DNA of 50,111 bases, taken from Azolla caroliniana (taxonomy: Eukaryota > Plantae > Polypodiophyta). Within the stretch, counting starts at the first letter, position 1. Every line of letters begins with the position of its first letter. Of this stretch, positions 21,187 through 37,400 are shown one piece after another. A program made the translations under genes and the position numbers. Where the stretch lies: NCBI GenBank assembly GCA_043228905.1, contig JBHGNT010000222.1, forward strand, positions 1 to 50,111, written 5' to 3'. The notes under the pieces are model-generated. The model was not told the origin of the DNA and searched no databases. It saw nothing but the letters and a program-made list of their open reading frames with translations.

Positions 21187-21907
21187 TAAGCAAAGCCCGA
21201 AGACGAAAGCAGAGAAGGCGGATATGATGAAGATTCCATATGCCTCTGCCGTCGGGAGCTTAATGTACGCAATGGTGTGTACCCGACCGGATATAGGATG
21301 CGCAGTCGGAGTGGTGAGCCGGTTCATGAGCAATCCTGGGAAGGAGCACTGGAACGCGGTCAAATGGATACTCCGGTATTTGAAGGGCACTTCAAATATG
21401 TGTCTCCGATTCGGCTCCGGAAAACCTCAACTTGATGGTTTCACCGATTCGGACATGTCGGCTGATGTGGATACCAGCCGGTCTACATCTGGGTATGTAA
21501 TGACATATGCAGGGGGAGCTGTTTCGTGGCAATTGAGGCTGCAGAAGACGGTTGCATTGTCAACCACGGAGGTGGAATACGTGGCAGCTGTGGAAGCCGG
21601 CAAGGAAATCTTATGGATGAAGGACTTCATCTGAGAGCTCGGTATCCGGCAAGATGAATATTGGCTCTATTGCGACAATCAAAGTGCCATCCATCTTGCT
21701 AAGAATGCGGCCTACCATTCCCGGACGAAGCATATCCAGCGAAGATATCACTCGATCCGGGAAAGAGTAGATGACCAGGAGTTCGCACTGACGAAGATCC
21801 ACACGGTCGAGAACAGGTCAGACATGCTGACCAAAGTGCTGATACCCGACAAGATGGATGCATGCCGGAAGAGGATCGGACTAGTAAGACACCCCATGCC
21901 GGAGTGA
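21187..21907 (+). pseudogene. Copia-C pol, part 2 (RT end, RNase H)
   Basis: PYASAVGSLMYAMVCTRPD, FTDSDM, CDNQSAIHLAKN and RTKHIQ; stop at 21632; PPT GGAGTGAAGGGGGAG at 21901-21915. Confidence 0.95.
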
Positions 21908-21917
21908 AGGGGGAGTT

Positions 21918-22710
21918 TGTTGGGAGACAGGTCCCTCCGGATGGGAAAGGAGAAGAACAGTGCTTATGAACAAACTCGAGTACCCGACCATGGAGAGCCG
22001 GATGGTGCAGACCCGGTGAAGACCGGATAAGGAGTACCCGGGTACGGAGAACCGGATGGTGCAGACCCGGTGATGACCGGATGAGGAGTACCCGGCTATG
22101 GAGAGCCGGATGGTGCAGACCCGGTGAGAACCGGATGAGGAGTACCCGGTTACGGAGAGCCGGATGGTGCAGACCCGGTGAGAACCGGATAAGGAGTACC
22201 CGGTTACGGAGAGCCGGATGGTGCAGACCCGGTGAGGAATGCTCACCGGATGAAGAGACATATTCGTAAATATGTTTCTGAGAGTCCATTGAGGTTATAT
22301 TTGTAAATAGCCGAAAAGTCATATTAGTATAAATATGACTTAGGGCAAACTTTTAGTAACTGTTGTTGTTGTCATTTTTCTTGTTGGCGCAAGGAGAGAG
22401 AGAGCGCGGAACTGTGTACAGAGAGAGAGAGAGAACGAGGTCGTTGCCTCTGTTGTAACTGCCGCCTGTGGCGAGGATCGTGAGCACGAGGTCGTTGCCT
22501 CCGTGAGCTCACTGTTGTACATTCTAACATAGTGATAGTTTGCAGCCTGTGGGCTGCCGTGGTTTTTCCCTTAGTTCGGGTTTTCCATGTAAACATCCTG
22601 CGTACTCGTCTCTTCTTTGTGTCGTTCATTATTTCCCGTTTTTTTTTGTGTATGATTCTAAGCTCGGTTGTGGCCGAGCGTTGCGTATACGGAGCGTACA
22701 GTTCTCGTCA
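21918..22710 (+). repeat. Copia-C 3' LTR with five 54-bp repeats (about 21978-22236)
   Basis: Follows the PPT; TG...CA termini; copy of 9069-9887. Confidence 0.95.
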
Positions 22711-22715
22711 ATATG

Positions 22716-26893
<4,178 letters not shown>

Positions 26894-26962
26894 TCACTGT
26901 AGCCGAAATCTCACACTCTCTTCTTGGCATATACCGGAGGATGTGCGGTTTGGTGGGGGTCC

Positions 26963-27371
26963 ACGTGATGAGGCTAGAAACTTAGGATGTTGGGAGCGAC
27001 GAGACGAGGAGCTTAAGAAGCTAGGAATGACATAAGAGAATGAAGAGAGTGATGAAGGAGACAAGATGGAATGAAATGAGAATACTAGATTGATGTGTCA
27101 ATGACTAGTGTTGAATTCCTTGAAAGGGACCAAGGTGGTTACAAGTATTTATAATGTGAGTCGAAGTACATGCATTAGAATATTCTAGAACCCTTTAGAA
27201 CCTTCTAGTTCTAGACCTTTCTAAAGACTCCTACAACTTCAAATAGATAATCTACTAATAATTTACTAAGATGTACATAACATGACCATATCTTTGGATG
27301 TATTGGTTAGAACATAACCCTTGACTATAATACAAGAGGTCAAGAGTTAAATTGTTGACATGTCTGTGACA
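26963..27371 (-). repeat. LTR Z, right copy (lacks about 83 bp of U5); HSE array at 27177-27225
   Basis: Direct repeat of the left copy; minus-strand TATAAATA at 27146-27153. Confidence 0.85.
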
Positions 27372-28415
27372 CGAAGACTTCGACGGAGGCCTGAGAAAAT
27401 TTGAAGAAGATTTTTGTCACAAGTACTAGAGCTCGGAAGTTACAACTCCGGGTGCTTAACATGATCCGATAGAGGGATATGACTGTGGCTGACTACACCA
27501 CCAAATCAAGGAAATTTCTGACGCACTGGGGTCCATCAACGTGATGGTAGACGAGGATGAGATGGTACGGATTTTTCTGGGTGGTCTAGCTTTGAGGTAC
27601 AGGTCAATCCGGACGGTTATCTGCAGAAGGGAGAAGCCAACAAGGTCATTTTTCGACCTGCACTCAATGCTTATGGTCGAAGAGAACCACGCAAGTGTCA
27701 AGGAGCACACAATCGGACAACCAGATGTTGTACACGAAGGCGGATCGACCCCATGGAAGTGGAGGACGAGGTGGATGGGCACACAATGGTGGCGGCCGAC
27801 AAGAGCACAACTCAGGCATAATTGAAAAGCCGACAATAGTTCTAGACTATCCAGAAGCAAGGAGAGTCTAGGTAGTGCTGGAAATCGGCAAGTGAAAGCT
27901 GAGATGGAATGCTGGTATTGTGGCTAGAAGGGCCAGAAAGAAAGCGAGTGTTGGAAAAAGAAGGCCGATTTGGATAAATCCGTATTGAGTAAAGCTGAAC
28001 ATGGGAATCGACAACGATCGCACTATGTTGAAGGGTCGGAAGGACCCGAAGCCGGAAAGGGCCCAACCTTTATGATGAAGCACAAGGCAAATTCGATGAA
28101 GTAGAGCACCTTAAAACCGAACGAGGTGTGGTATGTCGACTGTGGAGTGTTGAATCATATGTGGAGGAATCGAAACAACATAGAGTCATCAAAACTGGTG
28201 ATGACACCTTGCATTTGATCAAACATGTCGGCGATGTCTTCTTGAGCCATGTTGGACAGAAGGGAAGACTGATGAACATATTGCACGTCCCTACAATCAC
28301 AAAGAACTTGGACATATTGTCGACAAAGGGATGCAAGTTTGGTTCACCCACCTCGGATGCTTCATTGAAGAAGAGGGTCAGATCATTGCACAAGGGCACT
28401 GGGAAGGGAGGATTT
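27372..28415 (+). pseudogene. Copia-B gag-protease continuation, truncated
   Basis: ENLKKIF..ARKLQLR; MVRIFLGGL; zinc knuckle CWYCG*KG..ECWKK; protease VWYVDCG..HM; LHVPTITKNL. Confidence 0.85.
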
Positions 28416-28459
28416 AAGTGATTACTGCATTCTTTTCTCTCTATTCGTTGAAACTAATT

Positions 28460-28786
28460 TGTTGATAAGGGAATGGTGAAGGTCCAGAAAAACACAGAGA
28501 TAAACTATAGGTTGTTCCTCCTTGCTCTTGAAAATTGTTATCTTACAGTGGTTGTCTTTGAAAGATAATAGACGTTGTCGTGGAGGATTCCGGTCACTAA
28601 GAGAAAGGTCTGTAGGATGTGTGTGAACATGTAGTGTGCATATATGCACATGAATTTGGTCTTATGTGCAAACAAATGTAAATATTTAAGTATTAATAAG
28701 TACAAGGTAGGGTATTTTAATAAGTACTTTTATAATCCCATAAAAAGAGGGGATTTATAGTGAGTGATGGGTGGAAATCTCTAACA
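28460..28786 (-). repeat. Possible short solo LTR
   Basis: TGTT...AACA termini and LTR-like composition; no TSD or partner copy seen. Confidence 0.3.
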
Positions 28787-29228
28787 AAAACGACGGAGAT
28801 AACAACCTGATGTAACGTCGATCCACCCTCTCCTTGGAGCTATGAAAGGAAGGGAAGGTGTTTGTAAAATGGGGGATCAATCATTTTGGAGGGGAAGGTG
28901 CTGTCGGACTATGTTGTCGAGTGTGGGGATTTTCTTTTCTGCTTATTTAGTCAGGTGGTGTGAGGCCTCTGCTCGCGTAGGTAGCCCATGTGCTCCTGAC
29001 CAAAGGCTCACCTGTGTGTATGTATGTGTGCTGAGCTTGAAGCTCTATTCCCGGTCTAGGGCCCAACCTTGATTTCTACTCAGTGTTAATTGATTTCTAA
29101 CACGTTCGCGTTCAAAAGTGGATGGATCGTGCATTTCACTTATAGATTCCTTTTATAATCTTGCAATTTTAGGTAGTTTTTAGAAACTTGATACGTTAGT
29201 ATCACATGGTTGAAATAGCATATAAAAC

Positions 29229-31244
29229 TTGCTGAGATTTAACAAGGCCATCGATTGGGGATATGTTACAGGTGTGGCCTTACGGGTTGGGCTCATCGCC
29301 CTACAAGCAGGGAAGAAAATGGTCCCCATCATCACACATTACTTAACAATATTGTTTCAGCCTGTCTCAACACTTCCACCCCCCAATTCGGCCAGCCAAG
29401 TGGCGACACAGATGCCTATCTCCGGTCGGAAGATGCGACTCAGTGACTTCCACATGAGCGAATGGCAGGATGAAGAAACGGAGTGGCCACAAAAACCCGC
29501 GCTGACCGGGCTGGTGAAATCGGCAGCCGACACCTTCATGTCCGCGGAGTGACAAATGGAAACTGCGGAGGCGGAACTCCTAAGGAGCAAATAGAATAGG
29601 GATGAGCCTCCTCAAAGCCCAAAGCTGAAGCGTCGTCGTTTGGATCGAAAAAACGGCCAAGGCCTAACAAAGGATGCAACCACACAATAGGCCACAAGGC
29701 ACCAATCAAATCATCGAAACAATCGTACCGGACATGACCGAAGGAACGACATTGATCGGGAAGCTAGAACGAGGGAAGGGATCCCAAATTTCCAAGAGCG
29801 AAGTCCTTGCCTACAAAGAAATCTCAGCCGTTGCACATGAATTTGCGGCAATGTTACAGTTCTAGAAAATACATTAAGTCACCGCAGCCAAGAATCTAGC
29901 CGAAGAACATGCTGAGAGACAAATGATCTAGTGCGCACTCGCTGGACTCATTGAACCGAAAGAAGAGAACGCCTTGAACAAAATCGGTCGAAAACGGCAC
30001 GCAGACGGTGAGCACATGACAATAGAATTGCCAGCACTACACATGGCCCTGGTTGAAGTTCACCAAGAGTTGGCTCAGGTGTGACTTGGTGCAAAGAACA
30101 TGGCTTACAAGGACAAGAAATCGACAAAAACGGAGAATGAGCACAAGCGGCAGATACAAGCGCTGCGAGAAAATATGGCCAAACTACAACTCCAACTGTG
30201 AAGCGCCACATCCGCAGGCCCCACAGAAGGTTTCTCCACGGAGAACAACCATGCACTACGCGAGGAGGTATAGGCACAACAAGCGATAGCGGCCAAGGAG
30301 AAAGCAACAACGTTGGCGGAATCAGAGATCGAGCAACTCTGGTCAGAGCTTAGCTAGTCATTGAACCACGAAAAAGGTGTTCGGACCACGACTAGGAAAA
30401 ATGTGAAGGCTCTCTAGGACAAGCTCGACGCGTTCATGATCGCGCACAACCAAACATTCACAACTTTGGACGAACAAAAGGATGCTACCTCTCACACTGA
30501 AAAAGTGATAGCAGAACTTTGCGAGGCAAAGTTAAAACAAAAAGAATGGTATGAAGAGCAGATGTTAGCCGAAAATAATTTGGCGGAGGAAATCCAACTC
30601 CGCATACAGAACGAAATGGCTTGGATGGAGGACATGCACACAAAGGAGATGGACATCTTGTAGACAAACATGGGCCTCATCCAAGATAGGTATGCATTAC
30701 AATCGGGCCGCGCCACAAGCAAACTCAAACAGCCGAAACCACCATCAAGCACATGCACACGAAAACGGAAATCCAAGCACTACTCAAGAGACGCAAAGAA
30801 AGCGCCCACCAAATGATAACCGATCGGCTACAAAGAGGCTAGGAGCACTAGTACACATAAGTTGCCAAACGCCACACCTTTCTAGTGGACCAAGAGAATT
30901 CAAGGAAGAATGGTCACAACTTTTATAAGCTTGACGAAGAAAGCATGGGCACCGTTCGGGCCAACCTCACGGAGGGTTACAATGTGCTTGTGGTGCGTCA
31001 CATAGAGAAAGTCATGCAACTCCTACAGGCTTTCAACGAAGATCAAATAGACTTCGCATTGGAAATGGAGGCCTATGAGACCAAACGGGTAGAGGCAGAA
31101 AAGGAGCAAGACATTGAGAAGGCGTCGGAGGCAATACTGCTCCTCAAGAGTGAATCCAACGAGCAACCCTCGCACCCCCTCCTCGACGTAGAAATTACGA
31201 AGCAGGGTTTGACCAAGGAATTCCCGAAGATGACGATGTTGTTG
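29229..31244 (+). pseudogene. Degenerate coiled-coil protein ORF (retrotransposon extra-ORF-like); may continue at 32657-32840
   Basis: Same-strand fragments: IDWGYVTGVALR, basic SPKLKRRRL, and a long E/K/Q-rich helical stretch; many stops. Confidence 0.55.
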
Positions 31245-32656
31245 TGTAAAGGTGTGCCTCCTTGTAGGGGAGTCGGCCGAAAAGTCGACTTAAGAGTCGC
31301 CTGGTCGAAATCGGTTGAGAAGCCGAAATGTGTCGGATTACCGAAAACAACCGAAAAGCCGAAAATAGTTGGATTACCGAATTTGGCCGAAGTCGGTTGG
31401 AGAGCAAAAGAATGGTCGGTTTGCCGAAGAACCGAATCGGGGGTCAATTGACCGAATTCGGTGAGAAAGCCGAATTCGTACTCAATCAAATGGACACATA
31501 TACATATACATATGCCTTCTTACATATAAAGAAGAATTTGACAGGAACTGCACGCTCCCAATGCGCAATGCTCAGCCACAACCGAGCTTAGAATCATACA
31601 CAGAAAACGGGAAATGAAAGCACGACACAATGGAGAGAGGAGTACACATGATGTTAGCGTGGAAAACCCAAACTAGGGAAAAACCACGACAGCCCACAGA
31701 CTGCAAACTATCACTATATCAGAATGTACAACAGTAAAGCACCGAGGCAACAACCTCGAGCTTGCTATCTTCGCCACAGACGGCAGTTACAACAGAGGCA
31801 ACGACCTCTTCCTCTCTCTCTCTCTGTACATAGTTACGCGTTCTAATCTTGCACCAACAAGAATGACAACCACTACTTTTCAATAAGTTTGCCCTAAGTC
31901 ATATTTATACTAATATGACTTTTTGGCTATTTACAAATATAGCTCCGATGGACTCTCAAAAGACATATTTACGAATATGTCCCTTCATCCGGTGAGCGCT
32001 CCTCACTGGACCTGCATCATCCGGATCTTGCCTGGCACTCGTCATCCGCTTCTCACCGGGTCTTCCGTAGATGGGTACTCCTCATCCGGTTCTCACCGGG
32101 TCTTTTGTAGCTGGGTACTCTTCATCCGGTACTCCACATATGGGAGTTTGCTCATCAGTACTGTTCTTCTCACTTCCCATCCGGAGGGACCTGTTTCCCA
32201 ACAGAAATGACCTAGTATATATATGCCAATAGGCCTGACAGTATATATGTATGAGGGAAAAATGAGTTGTATTGTATGCGTAACTCTGAGAACGACTGAG
32301 TTTTTTCTACACAGTAGTGCCTGTGTAAGAGTATACGTACTCAGAAGCTAAGAGAGAAGAAAAGAAGAGAGAATCAAAAGAGAAATAGAGAGTGAAAGAC
32401 AGAGAAGCTTGGGAAGCTTCAAAAGGAATAGACGTCTATGTGCTAGGGTTTGGATGCGCTCGGCTAAAATCGTGGTTTCAGCACACTCCCATACCAAATC
32501 AGGTTTTATTGTTCTGTGATTGTATTCCGTAATTGCTCATAGTGAAATTTCCTATTCCCGTGGTTTTTCCCTGAAATCAGGGTTTTCCACGTAAATCGTG
32601 TATTCTTCATTTTCTGTTTTTGTTTGAGTGAAACTCCTTCAGATGCAACCACTACA
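31245..32656 (+). repeat. Copia-type solo LTR V (start 31245 or 31263), itself interrupted
   Basis: CCGAA-rich U3, TATATATA near 32216, GGTTTTTCCCTGAAATCAGGGTTTTCCACGTAAA motif, and CTACA end; no clear TSD. Confidence 0.65.
31539..32203 (-). repeat. Solo LTR of the Copia-C family
   Basis: Reverse complement matches the Copia-C LTR at both ends; TSD GAATT/GAAAT. Confidence 0.92.
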
Positions 32657-33516
32657 GGAGGAACAAGCCGCCAAGCCGGATCCGAAGCCAACCCTGAACC
32701 AACAACGCGAACCCGAATCGACGCCAACCGAGCAGAGCCGGATTCGAAGCCTGGCCCGTGGGTTGGACCGTGCATGCACTGTCGCACGAGCATGCATGTG
32801 TTGGCAAGTTTGGATGACCAAGTGTAAACAGGGTGAATAATGGTTACAAAGCGTAAAGAGGAATGGGTAGGGCCGAGTAATTAAAGAAGTAGTAAATAGA
32901 GAGTCGTAAAATAGTAAAACTATTGAATAAATTTAACGGTTCACGCACAACCTGAGCCCTATATAAAGGGCCATGGGAAGCATGTAAAATTTGATTGAAC
33001 ATTGTATCTTTGCGCATATAATATAATTATGATTTCCTCCGATACTCTTGAGTCTGAATCTGTGTTGTAATTCCTCTGTGTTGAGTTCCACGTTCTTTGT
33101 ACTTGTGCGTTACAGTCCGTTGTAGCTGGCTCATTTAGCTCCGCAGTTGCACAACCTGAGTTCGATTCATACGTAATATTCTCTAGTTCGAAAGTTTTCA
33201 AATAGTCTAAAGCGGAGCGAACTTTCCTTTTTCCCCGAACATAATACCTTGAGGTCGAATAGCCAAAGGACCAAATATTCGACACCGTGTTATCCTAAGT
33301 CGATAACAAACAACATACATCAAGCTCAAGAAGACACTAAGAAATAGGGGATAGAAATCTCACTAGAAAGGTTATAGTCAAATGGTCAACCTACTGTGAA
33401 AGAAGCACAACCTCATTGTAAAAGGCTATAAAAGTCACACTTGTTGTGACTTTTCGAGCTCTTCTTCTTTCTTGGCTTCTCCTTTCACTTACTAATAGAT
33501 TATTTATTTAACAATT

Positions 33517-33590
33517 GCTTTCATAGCTCAGTTGGTTAGAGCACCCGCTTAGTAAGCGGGAGGTGTTGAGTTCAACTCTCAATGAAAGCA
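33517..33590 (+). tRNA. tRNA-Thr(AGT), nuclear
   Basis: Full cloverleaf: acceptor GCTTTCA/TGAAAGC, D stem GCTC/GAGC, anticodon arm CCCGC-TTAGTAA-GCGGG, T arm TTGAG-TTCAACT-CTCAA. Upstream AT-rich tract with CAA; downstream TTTT. Confidence 0.95.
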
Positions 33591-33599
33591 TTTTGACGG

Positions 33600-33845
33600 C
33601 CAAATTTCGTCTTAGAAGACGTTAATATATCTTTCTTTCTTTCTCCCATTAGACTTCCATTGGGGCTTAACAATGATTAAGGTCAAAAGCTAATTAGCTA
33701 AACCCATATCACTCTAAAATCAAACCAAATTTGGTCTTAGAAGACGTTAATATATCTTTCTTTCTTTCTCCCCTTAGTCTTCCATTGGGGCTTAACAATG
33801 ATTAAGGTCAAAAGCTAATTAGCTAAACCCGTATCATTCTAAAAT
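33600..33845. repeat. Tandem duplication, period 125 bp
   Basis: CCAAATTT.GTCTTAGAAGACG...TCTAAAAT at 33600 and 33725. Confidence 0.92.
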
Positions 33846-34458
33846 ATAATGCTCCATGTACAATAGGATGGTTGGGATTGTTATAGGTTTAGGGTTATTG
33901 ATGGATTGGTAATCATGGTGTAATGATGAAGATGATGAGCATTACGGGATTGATGGCGAAGGAGATGGCGAAGATATTGATATAAGCATTCTTGTTAGAG
34001 TGATGTTCTAGTGTAAGCATATGATAAGGATATAATATATATGAAATAAGAAAGGAGAGAGAGAAAGAAGGGTGCCGATCCAGCCGACCAGCCCCAAGCA
34101 AAGGGATTGAGACGGACTCGAGCCTCGATCGGCGTTCCATACCACCATCGTGGCGTCGAGTCGTACCTGGTGCTGGCGCACTCGCTACAAGAGTTGACCC
34201 ACAATGAAACAAAGTCTCGACGTAGTCAAGAGATGATTAAATGAGGGTAGCTAGGCCTCATATTTATGGCGAGACCCAAGGCCCCCAAACAAGTTCACAC
34301 TTGGCCTAATGGGTTGTCTCAATCCCGAGGATTAAAAGTAATCCTCCCCTTCTTTACACTCTCATTTAATCCTCACACTTATCCACATGTATAGAATACT
34401 ACGGTAAATTCACACCATAGGATATTATATGGTCATGCCCGTAACATACTCCTCCTCT

Positions 34459-37400
34459 TTAAAACATTGCAGTCTTGCAATGGAAAGTTAGGGAAGTTAG
34501 TTCTAAGTCTAGAGTATTTTCGCGTTCCCATGTGGCACCTTTGATAGATTTATCCATCCATTTAATTTTAAATTCTTGGATTATTTTAGTATGCATATTT
34601 TTTGTTTTAACATCGAGAATTCTTTCTAGTACATGTGGTTTAGAAGATAATTCTTCAGAAGTAACCAGAGTTTCTATTGTAACTGCATTGTCTCCAGAAC
34701 CTAGAAGTTCTTTTAGATGACTTACATGAAAAACTGGATGAATTTCAACGTCATCGGGAAGAGCGAGATGATAGGCTGATGAACCAATGCGTTTGAGGAC
34801 TTGAAAAGGTCCACAAAACCGTGGGGCTAACTTAACGCACTTACTCGTAGACAATTTCTTAGAATTCTGAGGTACACAAAAAAATACCTTCTATCCAGGG
34901 TTGAATACATGAGGTTGCCCATTATGATTAGCATAAAAACTCGCGCTATCTTGTGTTGTTTTTAATATCTCGTGCAATATGCAACATATCTTGCATATCC
35001 GAAAGAAAGTTTTGCGTACTTAGCAACTCATCATGATGTATATTAACATCAATCGGGCTCGTGGCTGAAAACCATACATCAACATAAAAGGACTATATCC
35101 CGTCGACGTATTCTTGGAGTTGTTATAAGCAAACTCCGAAATTGGGAGATAACATTCCCATTTTGTTGATTTTGCACCAATGTATGCTCAAAGCATGTCC
35201 TCAATAATTTGATTTACTCGTTCTGTTTGTCCATCGGGTTGAGGATGATCCATGGCGCTCATGCTCAACATAGTTTCTAACTTCTTTATTAAGACTTGCG
35301 TCCAGAAGTCACCTGTAAAATTTGGATCTCGATCACTCACGATATCCATTGGTAACCCATAAAAAATAACTAGTAAACGAATTGGTAAGCCAATTCAGGA
35401 GCTGTTACCGTGGTTTTAGTAGCAATAAATCTGACCATTTTAGTTAGTCTATCAACCACAACCCAGATGACATCATGGATTTTTTGAGTGCAAGGAAGGC
35501 TAACAATAAAATCCATGTATATACTTTCCCACTTATTATTGGGAATGTCTAAGGGATGTAAAAGTCTTCTGGCTTTAACTCGCTCGGCTTTGTGAACCTG
35601 ACATAGGTGACATTTAGTCACATAGATATGTATGTCAGGACGCATCTTAGGCCAATAGAATTGAGTGGAGATGAGAACAAGTCTACGATGTATTCCAGGG
35701 TGCCCTGCTAAGGGTGCATCATGGCATTCAAAAAGAATTCTCTTTTTGACCTCAGGCAAATCTGGAACACAAACCTTTCCATTACGATAGAGCAAACCGT
35801 TAGCAATGTGGATTGATTCCTTCGAGGATGTGGCGGTGTCTGTTCCAGACTCAACCCTTGCCTAGTATTTCGCAAAATAACTGTCATCAAGATACTTTTC
35901 TCAAAGGTGATCATAAAGATCTAATGTTATTTTAGTGAAGCTAAGCATATTAACTTCATGGATGTGACTTAGTGCATAAGCGACAATGTTCATGGAACGT
36001 TTACGATATATTATGGAAAAATCAAAGTCCTGGATGAGATCAGCCCATCGTTCCTTACGACCTTTCAAGTCTTGTTGGTCACAGAAATATTTCAAGGACT
36101 CGTGGTCCATACTTACCACAAAACGATTTCCATAAAGATAATGGCGCCATGTTTTGAGCGCATGTATAAATGCAAATAATTCTTTTTCTTGAACAGTATA
36201 CCGACATTGAGCAGAATCAAGTTTCTTACTCTCAAATGCTATTGGTTTACCATCTTGATATAAGACAACACTTATAGCATAATCACTTGCATCACCTCAA
36301 AAGGTTTTGAAGAGTCGGGTAAAAGAAGCGAAGGAGCCTTGCACACAAAGTCCTTGAGTTCCTTAAAGGCGAGGTCTAGTGTAGCATTCCACACAATAGG
36401 TTTTGTACTAGACTTACGCGTTTGACCTTTGAGAAGATCTATAAACGGCATCGTCAATTGGGAGTAATTACGAAGGGATTTTCGCAAAAACCCGGTAAAA
36501 CTGAGGAATGATCAAACTTCTCGAATATTCCGAAGAGTGGGCCAAAGTTTGATTTTCTTGATGCAAGAAGGATCAATTTCAACTCCTCATTTGGTTATGA
36601 GATGTCCAAGATAAGTAATTGATTTCTTGAAGAACTCGCATTTTGAGATCTTCGCGTAGAATTGCTCGTCGCACAATGTTTGTACAACTAAGCGGACATG
36701 TTTAGCATGTTCTTCTAATGTACGACTATAAACTAAAATATCATCCAAGAAAATGATGACAAATTTTCCAAGTTGTTCTTGAAATGTCATTCATTTCTTG
36801 TTGAAATGTGGCATGAGCATTGGTCAAACCAAAAGGAATAACCAAAAACTCATAATGGCCATAGCGCGTACGAAATGCCATTTTAGGAACATCATCCTCA
36901 CTTATATGAATTTGATGGTAGCCAATACATAGGTCAAGTTTCGTAAAATATCGAGCTCCTTGGAGAATGTCAATTAGATCGTCAGCTCGACGCAATGGAT
37001 ATGAATTCTTGAGCATCACTTTCTTCAGGCGTCGGTAATTAATACACATACGCCATGTGCCATCTTTCTTTTTTACCAAGAGAACAGGTGCATACCATGC
37101 AGATTTACTATGACATATATAACCCATTTGTCAATAGTCCTTGAGTTGCTTAGATACCTCATCCTCTTCGAATCGACTTAAGCGATAAGGAGGTATACTA
37201 TTGGTGCAATGCCAAGTACAATATCTATACGATGGTCTATATTATGTTTAGGAGGTAACCCATGTGGTAGTTCACTCGGAAAAACAACACAAAAATTATT
37301 TAAGATTTCATTGTCGTTCAAAATATGATAATTGAACCGAGACATTATCGATATTGTAAACATGAATGTCCGGATCGAGTACACAATAAAATAAAATAGA

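Larger units (their letters stand above)
9069..22710 (+). mobile_element. Full-length Ty1/Copia element Copia-C (Tnt1-like), interrupted by G2
   Basis: Paired TG..CA LTRs, Met PBS and PPT. Degenerate TSD AGATC/ATATG; removing the element restores G1 protease DHGSEI-NLMS. Confidence 0.96.
28915..33284 (+). mobile_element. Putative long LTR-like element W (about 3 kb net) carrying an ORF remnant
   Basis: TGTCGA...TCGACA termini; flanks CTATGT/CCGTGT (possible decayed TSD); CCCTATATAAAGGG at about 32957 followed by a U5-like tract. Confidence 0.4.

Noticed and set aside
21978-22236. Regular repeats resembling a CRISPR array
   Set aside because: Contiguous 54-bp tandem units without unique spacers, inside a Copia LTR, with no cas genes.
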